Shown: positions 38,301 through 53,300, counted from the stretch's first letter. The stretch is 64,000 nucleotides of DNA from Haliotis rufescens (GCF_023055435.1 NW_025963864.1:62001-126000); one strand, 5' to 3'. Notes: generated by a model not told the origin, from the sequence alone. Translations and numbers: made by a program.

Positions 38301-39145
38301 GTGTTCATTTTCATCATCAGATATCACTCAGTCTCAACAACGCTTTCAGAAACATGTCGTTTGTGCATTAGGTAAAAGAAGCATGCAAGCTTGGAGTGTG
38401 TGTGTTTGTTTTTTAGCAATATTTCAGCACGGCAGTGAACACAAGATTTTAAGCTTGGAAGTATTGCACTTTATACATGCAAATACCCCGAAATTAAATT
38501 TCAGATCTCTCAGTCAGAAAGAAATCCAGAGTCTTCATGTCCTAGTTAAAGTCAGAAATGTCTTTACACCCTGGTTCTGTAGCAGTCTCTGTAGGGAGCT
38601 ATGACATAATGTAATGCCCTTCCGAGAGTGAGGGCAAAACTATATGAACGTGGGAGCTTGCAATTCAATTATCAAATGATTCCTAACGGAGGAAATGTGC
38701 ATGTACATATGTCGATGATTATAAACAAAAATATAGATACAAAACGTCGACCACATCAAACAATCAGTCTCCATCATTTGCCAAAACATTCCATCGGGCG
38801 TAAAATGCACAATATCAGTCAAAATTAAAGGACTAATCACTTATAATCAGTGATGAAACCAGGTGTTTGCAAAAGGAGTAGGCTTGTCCTGCTCCACCCT
38901 TATCACGCACAAATGTGACATAATGTTAAATGATGTTTGCCAAAATGTTAAAACTTTAAATCTTTGAGATAGCATATGTGCACGATTCCATGCGACATGG
39001 TAGGTGGGGATAAGCAAGCATTTATTGGCTTCATTCCGTGCGAGGACTTGCATTTCGGAATAGTTTAGTAGCATGGCCAAGTGGCATGTGTCTAAACAAG
39101 GACAATATGAAGGTAAAGGCCAACTGTCGCAAAATAAATTAACAT

Positions 39146-39513
39146 TCACAGTACTAACAACACCTACAGAAGATAGCGTAACAGTACTAACAACACCTAC
39201 AGAAGATAGCGTCACAGTACTAACAACACCTACAGAAGATAGCGTTACAGTACTAACAACACCTACAGAAGATAGCGTTACAGTACTAACAACACCTACA
39301 GAAGATAGCGTTACAGTACTAACAACACCTACAGAAGATAGCGTCACAGTACTAACAACACCTACAGAAGATAGCGTTACAGTACTAACAACACCTACAG
39401 AAGATAGCGTCACAGTACTAACAACACCTACAGAAGATAGCGTCACAGTACTAACAACACCTACAGAAGATAGCGTCACAGTACTAACAACACCTACAGA
39501 AGATAGCGTCACA
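39146..39513. repeat. 33-bp tandem repeat, ~11 copies
   Basis: ACAGTACTAACAACACCTACAGAAGATAGCGTH. Confidence 0.95.
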
Positions 39514-40259
39514 GTTTCTGAAGTCAACGTTTACATGTTGGCTAAAGTGAAACTATATTCAAATATCTTGAATCTGGTATCTTTAGTCCCACAGCATTTT
39601 GTGAAAAAAGCAATCATGTCTCAACAATTAACAATTAACTACAATCACAATACAACCAAAACAACTTGAAACTGAGAATTAATAATTACTACGTTGTTTT
39701 TCAATATCTGAAGAGTAAATACAATTAATCATCTCATAACATTTTATTTTCAACTTTGTGCACCACAATCCACACTTAAGGCACAAATTCATGTCTCAAT
39801 CATTGGTCGCTAAACGTGGTGGCCATATATATAGCTACATCTCTATCTTCGAAGGTTCATGAACATTTGTCAAAAATTAAAATGGGTGTTATCGGAAGTT
39901 TAATGAAAATAATGATGTTTGACGCGTCGGTATTCCTCATATATAAAACAAAACATCTGAAATTTCGGGATGTTACATTCAGGTAAGAAACAGACATGCA
40001 TATGGTCATCAACTGTGATCCCATTCTTGCTGACCCGTTTCTTTTTGCATCTGAATCGGAAGACGGGAAAGACATTTACCATACGCTTCAGGTGTATAAA
40101 TACCGTTCAATAACCATCAACTAGCCAATTGCCCTCCAGTGATTTACCCATTTGAACTAGTTGTATAGGAGACCAGATAAACCGCCTCATCTGTTTCGTA
40201 TTGTGTGATATGCATACAGAGTAAACAAAAACAAGACTGAGGGTTCACTTTCCTATCAT

Positions 40260-43200
40260 TTACGACCATTCACATTTTTGGCAAGGTGAGCAGTCAGTAG
40301 ATTTGACGCTAGTGAAGAGGGAAAACATATCCATAGGCATGTAGATGCATATGATTCCGGTTGTCTGTTTGCCATTACTATGTGCATTGAGCCAATACTC
40401 TGTCCTGAATATCCAACTGCCTGCAGTGCCTGATTCCTTCTCTTTTGTACTCACTACAACCTGAAACACGACAAAATGATGAGGAAATAAAAAAAGAAAT
40501 AAGATCACATAGCTGTTTCATAATGTCGCATTAACCCTCAATGATTGATGTTTTGTATACAAACGTCCTTCTCTGTGATTTGCTAAACTGTATTATCCCA
40601 CAGCAGTCCTGTTTAACCATCAGTAACTGACGGTGGTGTATGTGGTGTCTGTGTGCACAATTCCTGCTTTTGCGATTACTAGTTTGTCTTCAATTTGTCT
40701 GGAGATGATATATACATGTTTTGTTTGTTCTGGTCACCGCCAAGCTGAGATGAGACTGTACAGAGGAACATACATGCAAGTATAGGTACTCCACATGCAA
40801 ACATCTGGGTGTTAATCTTGCCAGCTCAGGGTCATGTATACAATTCAGAACAGGAATGGAAAGTTATGCTCATACTAAAATCCTTAATTTCTTTAATTTT
40901 GCACATATTGGACATAAAGATTTTATCGATCCCCAAGGACGGATCCGAGATCTGTTGTTTTCATGCTTTATCCATGTGAATATCCATGCCAAGCTATGCG
41001 AGCCCGTTTACACATAAATGATCAGGTTAAGTCTCCTGATAAGTTGTGAAAGATAAGATCCATTTTGTAAAATCTGGTTTGGAATCCGATTATCATGTTT
41101 ACCCTGTTTGCCCATTGTATGATGATCCTGGGCAACACACTGTACCTAAACATCAATGGCAGTGTCCATCACAAAGTATACAACTGTTTAGATCGTTTCG
41201 TCCTGACAAAATGTTTTTTTTCTCAGCTGTAAAGAAACAGATCTCTTGCTGCCCATAACTTAAAATGTCCATCTTTATAAGTATCTGCTGTTGTGCTGTG
41301 AGCGTAGCTAACTCGGTTGTAGGCTTTCACTGTTGTACAAAATGTCGGTGGCCTATTTGCTGAATACAACATTCATTGATTCGTTAAAAGGAACGGTACT
41401 CACATATTCAACGAACCAGTCATCTGAGTGGCAGGGGTCAACAAAGGCAAGGCCAACCTCTTTCACGATGCAGACGGAATCCTCGACAAACTAAAAGGAA
41501 AAGTAATAAATAAATAAATGATATACGCGCGTTCTAAGTCGACCTGCACTGCGGGCACCTCCTCACATTGAGCTGACACGGCCGTGATATTGTTGGGATA
41601 CTGCTCATTGGGGCGTTAAACCAACTCATTCACTCGCCTCGCGAATGCCCTTGTTTGTGAATGTGTGTTTAAGGTCCGCAATTCATGTAGCCTTCAGATC
41701 CAGTCACATATTCCATTGAAACTTAAAACACTGCTGGAGGTTTTTTTCTTAAGTAACTTTGACTTCTCAGATGACTTGTGGGACAACGTTACAAGAAAGT
41801 CATCGACTGTTGACCGAGACACTTATGTTCAGTAAAGAATACGACCGATCTATGTTTTACAGGGAGATGTTCAATGTTATACCATTTGCTGCTTTAACCT
41901 CACCTTTCATGTTCATGATTATATCTACTCCCATATGTAGCTAGTTTGTACCCTGCCCAATGAGGGTGTTCTTTACAATAAACATGCATGATTCTTGACT
42001 CTATATCTTATACTACCAAACCAAAAATGACAAAGCATCGACCTTATAGCAGTGACCTTGTAGCTGTTCCATTATTTATTTCACTCTGTATAGTGAAGCA
42101 TCACAGCCCAACCTAACCTTTTCTCCATTAGAAATCAGACCCGCACCAGTACCCCAATCATCAGCCACTAGCCTTGCTCCAATGCTGTATTGAAAGAAAT
42201 GACCATGGCTGTATTGTAATTCTATCTTCTGTTCAACCTTGTCTTATTCTTGACATAATCTAGAACCTATTATTTAAACTAATGATTAGACCCCTGAAGA
42301 TCCGGGGTAAGTTGGTCTTCAGCAACCCATGCCTGCCTTAAAAGGCGACTATGATTGTCGTAAGAGGCGACTAACGGGATCGGGTGCTCAGGCTCGCTGA
42401 CTTGATGTATGTCATTGTATCCTGATTGCATGGATCGATGATTATGGTGTCAATCACTGGATTGTCTGGTCCAGACTCGAATATTCACTGACCGCCGTCA
42501 TATAGCTGAAATATTGCTGAGTGCGACGTTAATCAACAAACAATAAAACAAACATATAAACTAATAATGACAATACACTACTATAATAAAAAGCCAAAAG
42601 GTATCACTAATTGTAGTTCGTTATAACCGTGGTTTGTTATAAGCATATATACATAATTTATACAACAAATGACCGGGACCAAAAAATAAGTTCGTTATAA
42701 CAGTCAGTTTGTTAGAAGTGGGTTCGTTATAAACGTAGTTTAATGTCTTGCCTTAGAGACTTGAGCAAGTCTAATCAACCTCCAATCTGCTTCTACAACT
42801 GGTTCCCCGATCAAAGGAGACGTTTGTTCAGACAAAGATATGTGTAACAGACCTTCAATATTATATCATTTGCCAGTTGTATAGATATATATACACACAC
42901 ACCCAGCAATAGTGCTAACTGTGGCTCTAATTTGTTCCAATCTCCAGACATCTTGGCTTAGGCCATACTTGTATACTGATGCACAAACCCGTGTGTGCTG
43001 CAAACACGAAACAGTGGCTCCCTTCCAAAAATGAGTTTGACAATATCGGCAACATTTCAGCCATACGAAAGTGTCCCTGTGTTCTCTTATTCTCTAAGGT
43101 ATCCTTCTCTATCACATGGCTTGGGTATGATGATGTGTGATACGCAATTGCAAATGTGTATATTCATCTGAACGTTTACACACAATTCGATATCGTTGGA

Positions 43201-46200
43201 CGTTGTAGAACAATTTACCTCCCAAAATGGAATGGGCTTGACTGGTGGTGGTTGAATATTCATAATATGTCAGTGTCACGTATGTTTGATTTCTCGTATG
43301 AACGTCTAACATCTGATACAGCCAAATGCAAACGTATTTGGAAGGGCCCTTTTAAAGGTAAGTGTGAATAATTTGTACGATATTGCAGCAGCATAACGAA
43401 AAGTGACAGTTCAACTGTGTTGCATACGTTGTACTTGTGAGTACGTGGGTATGAATCATCATGCTGCTGCCCCGCCATGCAATCGACATGAACATGTGTC
43501 CCAAACTTCTACACATTCAGTTTCGAAACTCGAGTCCTTGACTACACCAAACCAAACGTGTTATTTATAGCTAAAGTGAGTAATATTCCTGCCACTGTTT
43601 AATGTCTCATGTTTCTCTAACTATGTTGTATACATATCGACCTCATCCACATAAACATGTTGCTATATCCACACAGGTTCATACAAATCCCTACTAACTA
43701 CCCTGACAACGTTATATTGGCACCACGACGAGTGGCACTGGAATTGTTGATCGTTATTTGTTATGTCTGTTAGTTTGTTGCTTAACCAGAAACTCCATCT
43801 ATTAATACGGTGGCCCACAATAGTCGAGTCCTGACCAGCTTATCCAGAGATTGAAATCATGAGTATCGATCCAGGCAATTGGGATGTGGTGTCATGCATC
43901 ATTAAAGTCAGCATGCCTGACCACCCGATCCCGTTAGTCGCATCGTACGACAAGCATAGTCGCCTTTTACGACAAGCATGGGCTGATGAAGATCACGTCA
44001 AACGCTGATATTTTACAAATAGTTCTTATATGAGAATTGAAACCTGTGCTTTGAATAATTACACTTTGACATCGTACTAATAATACGAACGTGTGTTGGT
44101 TCCAAAACGTATAAACATTCCGTTCGTGGACATGGATGCTCGACTTGGCCAAACAAACATGTTATTCAATGCTTCAGTCAGTATTATTCCGGTGTAATGT
44201 CACAGTTGTTGATGTTTCGACCAATCAGAACAATCAAGGTACCTTTACTGAGCTTCGATGTCCTTTCCTCAGCTTTATATCTTTTCCATTCTTTAAGTCT
44301 CTTCCAACTTGTCCACACGTCCCTCCAATGGTCAGCCGCAGGTCAGCCGAGGAACCAGCCTTTCCTTTCTTTCCAGTCTTGATTTTTATCTTGTAAGCTG
44401 TTCTTGGTTCTGAGCATTAAAAACACACCGGTTACAACCACACGATGCCACATCTTGTTATACATAAGTATACACATATTGCTACACATAACCATACATA
44501 AGTATATAAATAATGTTCACACATCCCTCCACAAGGAAGCTAATCCAGTAACTGATTTCAGAGATGTCCCACTCACACCACTCACACTGTTGGTAACAAT
44601 TCCCCACATACTAATTAAGTTCACAGTGTATAACTGAATAAACTTGAAGTGTGCATTTAAGATAAACAACGATGCATTAAAAGACAAAATACATGCACTG
44701 CCAAGTGAATCAGTTGACTGAAATAGGGTGCAACCAAGACTCAATAAAATATAAAATGACAACCACGTGGAATATTTGTTGATGTCCAGAGCCCCAAATG
44801 TCTACTCCCATTTTTACCACCCATGACTGAAACATATGGATAGAACTAAAATGTAGGATAACATGAATTTGAAAATAAAATCTGTTTACCACCAAGGAGA
44901 ACAACACTGACCACAATGCAATGAAACCTCAAGACTCAAGACAACTGCCTAGCATCGTATGATTTTCCCGATGTTCGCTTTTGGAATGCTGCGTTTTTCT
45001 TCTTGAAGATGTTAGAAGTGTTCATGAAGACTTTGATCGTTACCGGTTGGTTGGTTTTGTTTCGTTTTGTTTTGTTTGGGTTGGGTTGAAACAAAGATAC
45101 TTACTTCCAACCTCACATCTCTTGATGCACTTGTGCCTGTACCCCTGGCCACCGGCTCTTTCCCCCGCTGTCATATCGTCCTCATCGTCATCACAATCTT
45201 CTGAAAGTATTAAGTGTAAATACACTGACATCACATCAGACTCAAAAGATCCGATCCTCTGATCTCTATTCGCTTATTCGTGAGACAACATCCAATCAGA
45301 CTAGGGAAAAGCACTGTATCAACAGGAAACAGAAGTCGGGCGCTTGGCGAGATGGACAAATACCTCAACATAAACGAGTTGCCTGCACTGAGGCTGATGG
45401 TTACATCCAAGCAAATTCTATACGGAGTTCATCTTTCTTACTTGTAACATATACAGGGTTCACCATTTCATCGTGTAATATATACAGGGCTCACCATTCT
45501 CACTTGTAATAAATACATGGTTCACCATTTTATCTTGTAATGTATACAGGGTTCACCATTTCATCTTGTAATATATACAGGGTTCACCATTTTATCTTGT
45601 AATGTATACAGGGTTCACCATTTCATCTTGTAATATATACAGGGTTCACCATTTAATCTCATAATATATACAGGATTCACCATTTCATCTTGTAATATAT
45701 ACAGGGTTCATAATTTTATTTTGTTATATATACAGGGTTCATAAGTTTATCTTGTAATATATACAGGGTTAACCATTATAACTTGTAATGTATGGGGTTC
45801 TCCATTCTCACATGTAATATATACAGCGTTAACCATTCTAACTTGAAACGTGCAATCAGTAGGTTGACATCTATGGAACCCATGATGGAAGCTGGTGTAC
45901 CAAACATATACTTACTGTATTCCACGTAGCCGTCACACCTCCTGTCAGCGCCGTTATACACAAAATACATACATCTGCTATGATGGAAGCTGGTGTACCA
46001 GACATATACTTACTGTATTCCACGTAGCCGTCACACCTCCTGTCAGCTCCGTTATACACAAAATACATACATCTGCTATGTTTGTAACAGGTCGCAGCAC
46101 ACAAGGCAAGGCTAATGTCAGGAACAGAAAATATTGGTTCTTTTTTGTCTTTCTGTTTTCTGCTACGGACGTGAACTGTGCAAAGGATGAATATGCACAA

Positions 46201-46227
46201 CATAATCCCCAGTAAATGATGCTTCAT
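40260..46227 (-). CDS. Gene C: paralogous secreted PAN + PLAT protein, ~254 aa, 5 exons
   Basis: Exons 46227-46014, 45200-45105, 44409-44243, 41490-41404, 40460-40260; phase-consistent, total 765 nt. Motifs CAATCYKHSRCMYFVYNGADRRC, AYKIKIKTGKKGKAGSSADLRLTIGG, DDWFVEYVVV. Confidence 0.72.
42290..42548 (+). mobile_element. SINE-like repeat, family C (most intact copy)
   Basis: Collinear with 14300-14550. Confidence 0.7.
42612..42745. mobile_element. Small MITE-like fragment
   Basis: Repeated GTTCGTTATAAC subterminal motifs around GGGACC. Confidence 0.4.
45440..45840. repeat. 31-bp minisatellite in gene C intron 1
   Basis: TATACAGGGTTCACCATTTCATCTTGTAATA, ~12 copies. Confidence 0.9.
45883..46079. 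repeat. 98-bp tandem duplication spanning the gene C exon 1 donor site
   Basis: 45883-45980 matches 45981-46078. Both contain the minus-strand A|GTAAGT donor. Confidence 0.85.
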
Positions 46228-47519
46228 ATTTGTAACAGGCTCTCAAAACAAATGGCGGGAAGGGCGACAAGCTGATCGCTTTGTGTGCTCAGTCATTAAT
46301 ATTAGAACTAATCGTTTTCTTCACACAGTGTATTTCTAGAAATATCTATCTTTGGGGGAGAGTCAATGGCCTGTTTAAAAATACTACTTTATTTAGGAGC
46401 CGTTTTCCCCAGCAGGACATTTAGCATCCCAAGCCAGACAAACGTTCTTACATCGATCTTGAAAATAACTATGTCTACCTCCCACAAACCATATATTACA
46501 CATTGCAAGTATTGACACATTAATATGTTATGATATGGGGTAACAATTACATGGGCAATTTTTTTTTTAAAAATTCAGGTATTTCTTTTCAACTTTGTCA
46601 GTGATTGACCTTCGCGGCAATCCATCGGTCCGATCGCCAGGGTATCTGCTTTAATCTGCCTGCCTTATTCTTTGGTAACCACAGTGTGGAATGGCTCGCC
46701 GGCAGATTTGAATTACATTCTCCATTTTCAACGTGTTACATGATGCATTGTGGCATTTGACATGACAGGGTAAATACGCTCAATTAGGGCCAAGTTTATG
46801 TAATATAATTTGTGCAAACACATGGCTTAAAAAATACACTTTACCGTGTAACGTAACGATGTCTATCAACAATATGTAATTAAAAGATCAAATTAATTAT
46901 TTGAGAAAAACACACACATCATCATAATCTATAAAACAGAAAATGAGAAAGAGAAAATGTTCACAATAAATTGTATTATCTGAATAAACATAATCCTCAT
47001 TCGAAACTAAGAAACTAATTACGGAGTCAAAAACAGCTACACTCCTACAGTTTCACGAACAAAAAACACCATCTACAATTTAAGTGATTGAACGAATTAT
47101 GTGAACATTTTTTGCATGACATTTTCAGGCATCATTTACAAAATACGATTTCTTCTTGTCTTACCACAACATGAATCAAATAAAGACAGACTTATTTCTT
47201 TTCCTACTCCTCTCAGCATCGATTCCTTTCAAGAAGTAATACACAACTATATATAGGCCCACAGTTGCGAACCACTCGGGATATGACTTTCTCTCGATCC
47301 TGATACTTAAAAGCAACTGCACCAGTCCGTAACTACTTTGTGATGTCGTCTCGATCCTCCACAATACATCAGTGACAGTGTTTCAACTGTTTTGATCATT
47401 GAATTCTTTTTTATTTGATTCAAATCAGAATAATGTTGTTTTTTATTTGAAGTTAACATGATATACGTTTTTTTCATTGGACGAGAGGTCGGTAAGTGTA
47501 TGAACGACACAATTTGACG

Positions 47520-48430
47520 TTCATACGTTTTTCACGAGACCGTGTTCTTGAAAGAACATAAACACTGACGGACTAATTGCACATTCCCCTGGGAATTCCC
47601 TTGTACATATCCATACAGAAGCGTTCTTTCTAATCATTTTAATCTTGAACTCGGTGTTGTAGTATGCACGGATAAACGTCAGAGGGTTTGACTGCATGAT
47701 TGTTCACGAATATCCTCGCTACGATCCACCCTAGTGGACAAAACGAAGAAATGCACAACCGAACTATTGTAGTATCGACTCGATTCGTGTTTTGGCTGAC
47801 AGTGACAGACTACCGTAATCTGTGAATTTACCTTAGTGTCTATTTGACACATCTTTAATCACCTTTCAATGATTGGCCAGCTAGCTGATCAATGATGACC
47901 AAAACAGGTAACCGCCACAGGTTCAAAAACAACTATCTACATCTCTCCCATCACATTTATCGTGTCGGCTATTTAGACGTCCTGTACTTGATGTAAATGT
48001 ACTACGGCGCGCTGTCACTGTGATTGACTTACAGACGTAGTCATTAACATACCTTTCTCATCTAATGGTGATATTATTTGAAGACGTGTTGTGTAAGATG
48101 TTTTTGAAGAGCAATTTGCGCATACATACGCTGATGTCACCTCTCCTAACGAGGAACTATTTTGTTCCGCGATACAGCTGGTTGTTGTATGGCTGTCAGT
48201 GTAAACATGAAGTCACAAATACTAAATGGAATTGTGTAGAGATCTTCACGTACATCCTCTGATGTAAGAAATTGTAATAAAACATTATAAGAATTGACTT
48301 TGTGTGAGTTCATTGGAGTAGGAACCTTCACAGAGTGAGGGCCAAACGTTGTCGCAAGCTCCGAGGTTCATACAGTCCCTCATTCTGTGAAGGTTCATAC
48401 TCCAATGAACTCACACAAAGTCAATTCTTA
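47520..48430. mobile_element. Copy of the ~0.9-kb dispersed repeat ending in a 54-bp-arm palindrome (48288-48430)
   Basis: Collinear with 4280-5150. Terminal inverted repeat arms read directly. Confidence 0.65.
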
Positions 48431-50099
48431 AATGAATAGATATGTTTATGTCCACATTATGCACCTTTATTTGCGTGAGAAGACAAAATACGCTTAAAAT
48501 GAATATACTGATTTCCCTACTTTTCTGCCACATCAAACTGAAAAAGAAATATGAATTTAAAATAGATAGGTGTATATGTGTATGTATCTTCTTTAGTCTG
48601 TGATTCAATGAAGAGATTATAAATAAGTTGTTGAAACACAATGCACAGTGAAAGAACAATATCTACCATTTTCTTGCAACAGTATATTAATGTAAATGTT
48701 AAATATCAAGATCATACGAAGAAAATGAAACGTAAATAACAAAATGTCACAAAATAACTATCAGTTTCAAGACAGTTTGAGGAAATAGATAAAATACCAA
48801 AACACAACAAATTTCCATGATGAACCCCCAGCACGTGAGTATGTCAATGTGTCTTTTTACAAAAAAAGCAAGTTCTGTACTAGTATCTCCGTTCCCGAGA
48901 TTGTCAAAACTCAAATATGTAGCACATGACTATATTCTTATTGCTGAGGTTTGAGGTTAATACACATCTCTTCTTCAGGTGAAATGATGAAGGAGTAAGG
49001 ATATAATAAAGCGGTTGACAACCATTAATTATCTTCCTTTGTGAAATTTATTGTTAAACAATGTTGTAATTGTATTACATTGTTCCTGTTGAGATTATGT
49101 TCCAGTTCATAGCATTGTGTTTTAACTATAATTAGTTGGCAGGAGTGTAGTATCATCCATTATTTCATCTCACATTGTACGAATAATTTGGCTTTCAGCA
49201 GAGATTGTGTATGAGACTCTATTGTTGTTTCATCCCCGACATTGAAAATAATAAACAGAACGTTCTGTTTAGTGTTCTTAGGTCCTTAGGTGCACATGTC
49301 GGCATTTCAGGATGACCAGGCGCTGAATCTGATGCTTGTGCTCACTGGCTCATAGCTTATGTCTAAGACAATGTTGCCTGTGAAACCACTGATTTTAATC
49401 TCTAGGATAAGATATGTGAAAAAGACTTACAACATGTCTTAGTAATGGAGAGAATATAAAAAAGTTATGTACACAGCTGAAAACCACTTATCCAGACCTT
49501 CATGATATCCATACTCGGAGACAGGATAATCACGCCCCCAAAGACGTAAATGGATTTATCAGGCGGTATTTATGTCATCAGTTATATAAAGTACAAGTCT
49601 GGACATATTCGGTTAAATCTATCTCCTTCCTTTCTTTTACCCATTTAAAACCGAATTAGTAACTCTCAGTATTATTAGTCATTGCGTACAGATTTCGGCC
49701 TGATGGCACGATGCACACATCTGGTGAGCTAAGACGATGATATTTTGATTGTTTGCAAGTCTTCATTTCTGGTACGCTCATTTCAACATAAAAAGTGTGT
49801 TTCAAAACTGCAATTTAGCGATTCCATACCGCGGAAACGTGATTTCAAAATGCAGTCAGATACAAAACACAATGACAAATATTGAAACAAGGCCTAGTTC
49901 GAACACATTTCAGTTAAAGCCATCTTTTTTCTCTTAAGATAAAAATAAATGTCCAAAATGGCATCTGTATCCCCGGTAACATCTGTCTGAACGAATGATC
50001 CAAGAGAGCGTGTATCTTAAATTGCTCACAACATCCCCATTCTTTTCAATCATGACTGACAAAATAACTGTCGACTTCTTCACCATGACTATGTATCAG

Positions 50100-50330
50100 T
50101 TGTCAACAACAGGGCTGCCTCTTGCATTCCATCGTATCTCAGTTGTGTAAATGGGTGCTCATGTTGTCAACAACAGGGCTGCCTCTTGCATGCCATCGTA
50201 TCACAGTTGTGTAGATGGGTGCTCATGTTGTCAAAACAGGGCTGCCTCTTGCATGCCATCGTATCACAGTTGTGTAGATGGGTGCTCATGTTGTCAACAA
50301 CAGGGCTGCCTCTTGCATGCCATCGTATCT
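50100..50330. repeat. ~64-bp tandem repeat, ~3.6 copies
   Basis: TGTCAACAACAGGGCTGCCTCTTGCATGCCATCGTATC... Confidence 0.9.
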
Positions 50331-53300
50331 CGGTTTCTGACGTGCCCAAAGGACGCAACTCTGAACAGCGAATCGCGGCGCCTTAGACGACTGGGCCACC
50401 CGTGCCCCCCGAGATTCCATAGACGTCACCGAGTGGAGGATCTCTGGAGTCCCGCGGCACTCAGTCAAGTAAGTATTGTGTTTGCGTAGATGGTGAAGGA
50501 GGATAGTGTCACTGGGACATTGTGTGCCGTTCACGCTGTCGTGTGCAAACATTTCATGTTTAAGGGGAAAATGTGTGTTGTTTTAGAAGATGAATAAAAC
50601 ATTTAAAAATCTTCAGACATTTTATGTTTGGAACTTCAGGTGAGGGGATGTATTAACTGAGAGTAAACAAATATCATGTGTGATTGGTATGTAAACATTG
50701 CACCTCGTCATGTATATATTGACGCCGTTATATAATCTGTCTTAGCTGCGCGTCATAAGTATATTATTAGTCTCGAAACATAAAACATTTGTTTACATCT
50801 CGCTGCACTCTGTGACCTGAGGCTGAACTCAGCTGATGTGCAGCAAATATACACTTATAATGATGTCCCAATGCTAATGACATTACGGCATTGTCTAAAG
50901 GAGACGGTTTTCTCTGCCAAATACGATCTCAGTAATTCACAATATCGTCGTCATGGCATTTGCATACACAAATCGGCATAGTTTAACAAAGGCAAAATAT
51001 GTATCTTTTTCCCTAGATTTGGGTTGCAAATTGTTGGTGCTGAAATTTATGAAATAAATAAATACAATGAATATGACCAGTGAGGCATCTGTTTCTTACA
51101 CGTTTCACCATTTCACGATACAAACGTAAATGTCAAGCGAACCGAAAGAAAAGCGTTAACACCCTTTCCACAGCCAATATAAATCGAATGTACGATTCCG
51201 ACTATGTCATGAGCATGTGTTCATGAATCACTATCAAATAGCAATGAAACCAGGTGTTCGCGTAAAGGTGAACGCATCCTGTCCTACCGGTGGCACCCGT
51301 CACAAACGCATTGCAAGTCACTTGTTCGCCTGAAACAACACGGGAACAAGTAAAAATTGGGAATTGCATCGGACATCAATTGTGTGACTGATGCGTCAAA
51401 TTTGGAGAGGTCTAGTATAAAGCTTTACTGAGGCCTTGAATGTAGTAACCTTGATAAAACAACGTATGAGCAAGACAAGTACACAAACTGCGCGTTTTCT
51501 TAGCCCTGGGCGTATTACGGAATCAGCAGATTTTACCTGAGAATCACAATATCTAAATGTAAGGGCAGGGCTTAGGAACCACAGATGATCAAAGGAATAA
51601 TGACTATCACATGTGAAATGAAACAATACTCACAAGTGAAATAAGATAGCAACACTTTAACAAAATAAATTGTTTTCTTTTTCAACGAGTGAGTTAGTCA
51701 CCTGTCAAAAAAGTAACAAAAACCCCATAGCGCAATTTTGAGTGTTTGTCACATGCGTTAAAACTATCCTACTGAGTATCTAGAATATCATCTGTATTTA
51801 GGGCCCAATGTGTCATGTAAACATGGAAACCTCTAACAAGTATGGTGCAACATTTGGTCAAACTGGCCATATAGAAGCGTGCTACAACAATTCTTGAAGA
51901 TCTCCCGGTTTGGGAGATCAGTCAGTTTTACTATTTAATTTAAGCCCATGGGCATAAACACGTTTTAATATTGTTAATTTTTATGCGAATAAATAACAAA
52001 GAGGCTTAAAACGTGCACTCCCCGTGTAGATTCTAAGGGGTGGTTTGTTTTTTTCCAAAAGGACATTTCGCGTCTAATTCGCACTTTTGTCATTACAGCA
52101 ATGGACTAGCCAAGTGGTCAAAACGTTTGCTCGTCTCGCCCAAGGCATACATGTAACTTCGATTCCCCACATGAAAAGAAAGCGTGGGACGTATTTCCGA
52201 TGTCCCCCGACGTGCTACTGCTGGAATATTGCACATAATAAACGGCATAAAACCATACTCACTCATTCTGTCCCCGTAAGTTGGCATGTACTGTCACGCG
52301 TACATACGCGTTTAACTCACTTGGTGCCACGGGACCGTAGATGGAAATGACCCTTTTTATCTGTGCATTGAGTGCGCAAAATCAAAATTATAACCGTCAC
52401 CATAGCTTTAACACAGTGTGACTGACAGTTTACACAGTGCTTCGGATGTCGAACTATTGTGAGATCAGTAAAGTAGTTTCCGACCTTATTCTGCCTAGTT
52501 TAAATTTCAAGCGAATGACGGCGAATTTTGGTTATGCGCCCTTGTCACATACACGTAACTGTTTTAGTGTCAGGGAACCAATCTGAAAAAATAAATCTGA
52601 TTAGACTACTCAAAAAGATTTACTTTTCCTTACCGTAGAGTTATTGGCGTAAGACTACTGAATTGCCTCCGCAAGAGAAGTTGTTTTCAAGTATAACATA
52701 TTTTATCAAATGTGTGTCTTGGCGATTTGGCGGGCACTACACTCAAAAACATTGTGCAGATTATGGTAATGTTAATGACACTGATTGACAGAAAATATTC
52801 AAATCTAAGATATGTAAAGACAACTATGTCCGTTGATATAAATGTGGTACACATTAGAGGCAGGAAGTTCACGATCACCACCAAGTCCAAAGTGATCGAC
52901 AGGGAACATTTGCATCGTGGCTGTGCCGCGATTTATTGACTACCATTTGTCATATACATGCACGCCCGTCTTGACAAAAAAAACTGTTGATGTTTGTTTT
53001 TTATGTGGATTTACTAACAGTTTCGTGTTTATGATCTAACTACCTGACCGTGTAAATGAGTTTCCAAAACCATTTCACATTTTGTCGCAAAATGACATTT
53101 TAAAAATGTCCACAACATCTAAATGTGAGTCGACGCCATAATGTCAACAAATTTTGTCAACGTCGGTTTCACAGGTGGTAACTCGGCCCCAGTTTCTGTA
53201 AATGAAACACGCGGTAGAGAAATAATGCAACCACTATAAACATCTACTTAACTTGATGACAGCTATAGTTGACGAGTTAAGCAGCGATGGACTGAATGTC

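Noticed and set aside
39073-39669. Mucin-like ORF (VLTTPTEDSVT)n and its antisense ORF
   Set aside because: Open only because the 33-bp unit lacks stops. No signal peptide, splice context or non-repeat homology.
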